A DNA stretch of 64,000 bases. It comes from Thermoanaerobaculia bacterium (GTDB taxonomy: Bacteria; Acidobacteriota; Thermoanaerobaculia; UBA5066; Gp7-AA6). Below the pieces are notes generated by a model. It saw nothing but the letters and a program-made list of their open reading frames with translations, was not told where the DNA came from and did not search any database. Numbering within the stretch: the first letter of the stretch is position 1; each line of letters begins with the position of its first letter. Location of the stretch: assembly GCA_038239305.1 (NCBI GenBank), contig JBBSEW010000007.1:21434-85433 (forward strand), in the 5' to 3' direction. A program made the position numbers and the translations under genes. Below, one piece after another: positions 60,066-64,000 of this stretch.

Positions 60066-61604
60066 GGGAAAGAGGATCACGTCCCGGATCGAAGGCTTCC
60101 CGGTCAGAAGCATCGTCAACCGGTCGATTCCGACTCCCTCTCCGGCCGTGGGGGGCATTCCGTACGACAGGGCCTCCACGTAGTCGCTGTCGAACTGCAT
60201 CGCCTCGACATCTCCGCCGGCCTTCTGGCGCGCCTGCTCGACGAACCGCGCTTCCTGTTCCAGCGGATCGTTCAGCTCGGAGAACCCGTTTGCGATCTCC
60301 ATTCCCCCGGCGTAGAGCTCGAACCGGTCGACCCACTCGGGGTCTTCGGCACTCTGTTTCGAGAGCGGCGAGATCTCCGTCGGAAATTCGTGGAGAAACG
60401 TCGGCTGCACGAAACGCGCTTCGGCCACGGCTTCGAAGAGCTCGGCCAGGAGCTTTCCCTTCTGCCCGGCGAAACGGTCGGGCTTCTCGACGCCCAATCG
60501 CCGAGCCGCGGCGAGCAGGCTCTCCGCCGAAGCGAGCTCGTCCGCCGTGACCGCGCCTCGCGCGTCGTCCCGGGTCGCTTCGAGCACGGCATCGCGCATC
60601 GTGATGCGGCGGTAGGGCCGCTTTCCCCAGTCGATCCGGTGATCCCCCCAGACCGTCTCCGTGCCGCCGACGACGTCCCGGGCCAGACCGGCGATCATCT
60701 CCTCGGTGAGATCCATCAGCTCCGAGCCCCGCGAGAACGCCTGGTAGAACTCGAGCATCGTGAATTCCGGGTTGTGGTGCGTCGAAATGCCCTCGTTTCG
60801 GAAGTTCCGGTTGATCTCGTACACGCGCTCGATCCCGCCGACGACCAGCCTCTTCAGATACAACTCCGGCGCGATCCGCAAGTACAGGTCGAGGTCGAGC
60901 GCGTTGTGATGCGTGACGAACGGGCGGGCGAGTGCGCCGCCGGCGATCGGCTGCATCATGGGCGTCTCGACCTCGAGATAGCCGCGCTCGTCGAGAAACC
61001 GGCGTATGCCGCGGACGATGGCCGCGCGCTTCTCGAAAACGTCCCGGGCCTCGGGATTGACGGCGAGATCGAGGTAGCGCTGCCGGTATCGCCGCTCGAC
61101 GTCCTTCAGCCCGTGCCACTTCTCGGGAAGCGGCTTGAGGCACTTCGCGAGGAACGTCACCGTTTCCGCTTTGACCGAGAGCTGCCCGGTCCGGGTCCGA
61201 AACATCGTTCCGCCGACTCCGATCCAGTCGCCGAGATCGAGAGCTCGAAAGAGCGCAAAGGCCGGGTCTCCGACGGCATCTTTCCGGACGTACACCTGCA
61301 GGCGTTCCCGGCCATCCGAGAGGTCCAGGAATCCGGCCTTGCCCTGAACGCGGATGGCCAAGATGCGGCCGGCGACCCGGACAGGAGGCTTCGCCGCTTC
61401 GAGGTCCTCGGCGACCCGCCCTCCGAAGAGCTCCACGACCCGGGAGACCGGACCCGTCGCATCTTCGAAGCGGTCCGGGTAGATGGGTCCCGGTACGAGC
61501 TGCTCGATCTGCTCGAGATTGTGATGCCGGTTCTGAACAAGAACGCTCTCAGTCGGAGCGTCGGCTTCCGGAAGTTCTTTCGGCTCGCCCGCGTCTTCGC
61601 TCAT
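60045..61604 (-). CDS. lysS: lysine--tRNA ligase (class II)
   Basis: ATG at 61604. It has an OB anticodon-binding domain ([21 protein letters not shown]) and class II motifs (FRNEGIS..HNPEFT and [15 protein letters not shown]). Confidence 0.96.
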   Translation of the reverse strand: MSEDAGEPKELPEADAPTESVLVQNRHHNLEQIEQLVPGPIYPDRFEDATGPVSRVVELFGGRVAEDLEAAKPPVRVAGRILAIRVQGKAGFLDLSDGRERLQVYVRKDAVGDPAFALFRALDLGDWIGVGGTMFRTRTGQLSVKAETVTFLAKCLKPLPEKWHGLKDVERRYRQRYLDLAVNPEARDVFEKRAAIVRGIRRFLDERGYLEVETPMMQPIAGGALARPFVTHHNALDLDLYLRIAPELYLKRLVVGGIERVYEINRNFRNEGISTHHNPEFTMLEFYQAFSRGSELMDLTEEMIAGLARDVVGGTETVWGDHRIDWGKRPYRRITMRDAVLEATRDDARGAVTADELASAESLLAAARRLGVEKPDRFAGQKGKLLAELFEAVAEARFVQPTFLHEFPTEISPLSKQSAEDPEWVDRFELYAGGMEIANGFSELNDPLEQEARFVEQARQKAGGDVEAMQFDSDYVEALSYGMPPTAGEGVGIDRLTMLLTGKPSIRDVILFPLMRPAR

Positions 61605-61710
61605 CGCCAGCAGTATATGGAAGCGAATGGGATTTTCGCCGGACCGCAACCGAGCGGACAGGGAACGGCCGGGTGGGGCCAGCCGTCAAGCCGTCAGCTG
61701 TGCGCCCGCC

Positions 61711-63237
61711 TCAGGAATTGTCGCGCTTGCCGCCCCGGCGACCGCCCGCTGCTACCTCGGCGGCGTCCAGGTGAAGCCAGAGCTCCGCCGTGGAGCGCAG
61801 AAGCCGGAACCGCGTGCGTGTCCACCAGCGGACTTCCGGACCTCCGTGAATTTCGTCGACCAGGGATTGCAGGGCGTGATCGACCTGGGGCGCGCGAGCG
61901 AGAGTGGCGCGCGAGCTCTTGACGAGCTCCCCGGCCGGCGGCCCGCTCTCCTCGCTGCGAAGGGCCTCCGACTCCATTTCCGCCTTGATGCGGAGAGCGG
62001 CGGCGCGGAGAATCGTACGGTCCTGCGCCGACGCCGGCGCTCCCTGCGTCACTGCGCGGCGGGACGCGCCGAGCTCCCAGGCCTCGAGCTTCAGGTGCTC
62101 GAGCCCGGCGATGTTGGTCCGCAGAGGGCCGACTCCGTCGTCATAGAGCTCGACTGCCGCCAGGATCCGGTCCAGGCAGGGCCGCCAGAAGTTTTCGTCG
62201 GACCCCTCCGGCTCGACCTCTTCGACGAGCTCGAGAGCCTCGTCGATGTCTTCTGCGGCGAGCCCCGAGATGTCAAACTTCGTGAGGACGTCCCCGATCG
62301 CGAGCTTGAGCTCGACGACATGCGAGGCGCGCAGGTTGCGGTCCATGGTCTGGCGGTCGAACCGAATGCGCGAGTCGCGGAAGCGTCGGAATTCCTCGGG
62401 GGGAGCTCCCTCTCCGCCGCCGCGGGTCAGTTCGCGCTCCAGGTCCGTGATCCTTCCGGTCGCCTCGTCGAGTCGGCGCTCCTCTCTCTCGTAGAGGCGG
62501 TGGAACACGGATCGGGACGTCAGGTTGCACCAGGCCACGGCCGTCAGGATCTCGGGATTCGAGAGGCCGCTGGCGACGCGCCGCTTCATTGTGCGGACGT
62601 TTTCGAGGAGGCGCTGATTCAGCAGCTCTTCGAATTCGTGAGCGCTCGAGACGTCGGTCGCGAGCTCGTCGAATGCCCGCACGATCGCAGGCGTCATGGC
62701 GCTGTCCATGCGCGGCCAGACCGAGGCGGACGTGAGGTTCTCGAAGAACTTCCGGATCTGGGCGCGCGGTTTGCTGGCGGACGCGCCCGGGTCCGCCTGG
62801 CCGGTCGCGGCGACGGTCGCCAGGAAGTCCACCTTGTCGATCACGTCTTCGTCGACGTCGGGCTGGGAAAAGTAGAACCGCAGAAGGTAAAAGGCAATCT
62901 TCTCGTCCTGCGGACGGACCTTCTCGAAAAAGCGGCGGACGAATGAAGGCGAGACTTTCCGATCCACGTCGCGAAGCTGGCGCGCGACGCTGTCGAGCCG
63001 GAGGTTCAGCTCCCGCAGCAGCGGGTCCACGTTCTCGGGAGAGCCGGTGTTGATTTTCGCCGCGATCGCCTTGACCTCATCGTAGAGTCCCGTGAAGTCG
63101 AGGGAGTAGCCGGGATCCGCCGAGAAGAACGTCTTGTAGACGCCGCGGACGAACTGGTGGAACGTCCAAAGCGCCTTGAACCGCTCTGTCAGGCGGATGT
63201 AGTCTTCGTGAAGAAGCTGTATTTTCTCGACGGACAT
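61711..63237 (-). CDS. conserved-looking alpha-helical hypothetical protein
   Basis: This is the C-terminal 508 codons of the 729-aa track ORF, from MSVEKIQLLHEDYIRLTERFKALWTFHQFVRG... An alternative ATG lies at 63276. Upstream of it the ORF is antisense to hpt. I recognised no family. Confidence 0.62.
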   Translation of the reverse strand: MSVEKIQLLHEDYIRLTERFKALWTFHQFVRGVYKTFFSADPGYSLDFTGLYDEVKAIAAKINTGSPENVDPLLRELNLRLDSVARQLRDVDRKVSPSFVRRFFEKVRPQDEKIAFYLLRFYFSQPDVDEDVIDKVDFLATVAATGQADPGASASKPRAQIRKFFENLTSASVWPRMDSAMTPAIVRAFDELATDVSSAHEFEELLNQRLLENVRTMKRRVASGLSNPEILTAVAWCNLTSRSVFHRLYEREERRLDEATGRITDLERELTRGGGEGAPPEEFRRFRDSRIRFDRQTMDRNLRASHVVELKLAIGDVLTKFDISGLAAEDIDEALELVEEVEPEGSDENFWRPCLDRILAAVELYDDGVGPLRTNIAGLEHLKLEAWELGASRRAVTQGAPASAQDRTILRAAALRIKAEMESEALRSEESGPPAGELVKSSRATLARAPQVDHALQSLVDEIHGGPEVRWWTRTRFRLLRSTAELWLHLDAAEVAAGGRRGGKRDNS

Positions 63238-63921
63238 CTTCGTGAGGGCTCTCCCTATTCTAGTCCCGATCGACATGCACGCGGTGCATCCCGCGCCCCG
63301 TCGGGGGTACCCCTGAGGCTCGGTCGCACGCTCATCGACACGGCCACCCTGGATCGGGGCGTGGCCCGCCTGGCCGCGGAGATCGAGAGGGATCAGGCAG
63401 GCCGGCCGGCCCTCCTGGTGGGCATCCTGAAGGGCTCCATTTTCTTTCTCTGCGACCTCGCCAAGAAGCTCGAAACGACCCCCGTCTCGCTCGATTTCCT
63501 CCAGGTTTCCTCGTACGGCACGGGCACGAAGTCTTCGGGCAACGTCCGCCTGCAGCGGGACCTGACGACGGACGTGGCCGGTCGGGACGTGATCATCGTG
63601 GAGGACATCGTCGACACGGGCCGCACTCTGCAGAAGATTGTGGAGCTTCTGGCCACCCGGCATCCCCGGTCGGTCAAGATCTGCTCCCTCCTGAAGAAGA
63701 AGATCCCCGGCAACGACGGAGTCCCGGTCGACTACCTCGGCTTCACGATCGAGGACAATTTCGTCGTCGGGTACGGTCTCGACTACGGCGAGCTCTACCG
63801 AAACCTGCCCTTCATCGGCATTCTCGAGCCGGACGGCGACACACCCGCTCCGCCCCGGGACCTCGACGGATCGACCTCCGCGGACCCGAAGGTTCCGCAT
63901 TCCAGGAAAGGACTCTCATGA
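63208..63921 (+). CDS. hpt: hypoxanthine(-guanine) phosphoribosyltransferase; start unresolved
   Basis: Core motifs LVGILKGSIFFLCDLAKKL...SLDFLQVSSYG...DVIIVEDIVDTGRTL...VGYGLDYGELYRNLPFIGIL. The nearest in-frame canonical start is the GTG at 63208, which overlaps the divergent gene. See the finding on a possible 1-nt frame problem. The gene has an unusual 28-aa C-terminal tail, and its stop overlaps the ridA ATG. Confidence 0.85.
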   Translation: MKKLYFLDGHLREGSPYSSPDRHARGASRAPSGVPLRLGRTLIDTATLDRGVARLAAEIERDQAGRPALLVGILKGSIFFLCDLAKKLETTPVSLDFLQVSSYGTGTKSSGNVRLQRDLTTDVAGRDVIIVEDIVDTGRTLQKIVELLATRHPRSVKICSLLKKKIPGNDGVPVDYLGFTIEDNFVVGYGLDYGELYRNLPFIGILEPDGDTPAPPRDLDGSTSADPKVPHSRKGLS

Positions 63922-64000
63922 AATTCATCGCGACGGACGCCGCTCCCAAGGCCATCGGGCCGTACTCCCAGGCCGTCGTCGACGGCGATCTCCTCTTCGC
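63918..64000 (+). CDS. ridA: RidA/YjgF-family protein (N-terminus only, runs off window)
   Basis: MKFIATDAAPKAIGPYSQAVVDGDLLF is a typical RidA N-terminus. Confidence 0.8.
   Translation, partial: MKFIATDAAPKAIGPYSQAVVDGDLLF

Overview
GC-rich bacterial chromosomal segment (about two-thirds G+C by eye) with about 60 protein-coding genes. I recognised no rRNA, tRNA, CRISPR array, transposase or integrase. A PadR regulator next to an ADOP-type duplicated orphan permease, plus full diderm envelope machinery, points to an Acidobacteriota-like organism. This taxonomic call is an inference from gene content only. Many gene starts were placed using 4-nt ATGA/GTGA stop-start overlaps, and most long ORFs in the six-frame track are antisense shadows typical of high-GC DNA. 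Gene blocks from left to right: lipA and a SPOR protein; a stomatin-NfeD pair; a candidate bacterial ceramide (sphingolipid) cluster; an M1 peptidase with a membrane protein; PadR with the ADOP permease; an aminotransferase, CaCA exchanger, TrmH, AMMECR1 and a hydrolase; an archaeal-type GAPDH-like gene; a zinc-ribbon membrane protein; a PaaI thioesterase coupled to a NYN-LOTUS protein; ygfZ; msrA; a ybgC-like thioesterase and coaD; an Opp/Dpp-like ABC importer; an S55 peptidase with a beta-propeller protein; tolQ-tolR-tolA-tolB-pal-cpoB; rpsT; lptE-leuS; a transglutaminase-like gene, nusB and ribH. A translationally coupled envelope operon follows (bamA-skp-lpxD-fabZ-lpxA-oxidoreductase-mtnP-pfkB), then clpC, lolD with a LolC/E permease, lysS, a hypothetical gene, hpt and ridA. 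The most unusual signal lies outside the genes. Most of the longer intergenic spacers carry head-to-tail arrays of 6-8 nt units from a small shared vocabulary: GGGAAAC, GGGTGATC, GCGAGATC, GTTCGATG, GTTCTCA, GTTCAGAA and related units. These units are combined in modules and occur in both orientations. They resemble cyanobacterial STRR repeats, but I know of no description of them for this lineage. The second main finding is the cerR-like / spt / GNAT operon with a convergent PAP2 gene, which matches the three-enzyme bacterial ceramide pathway.
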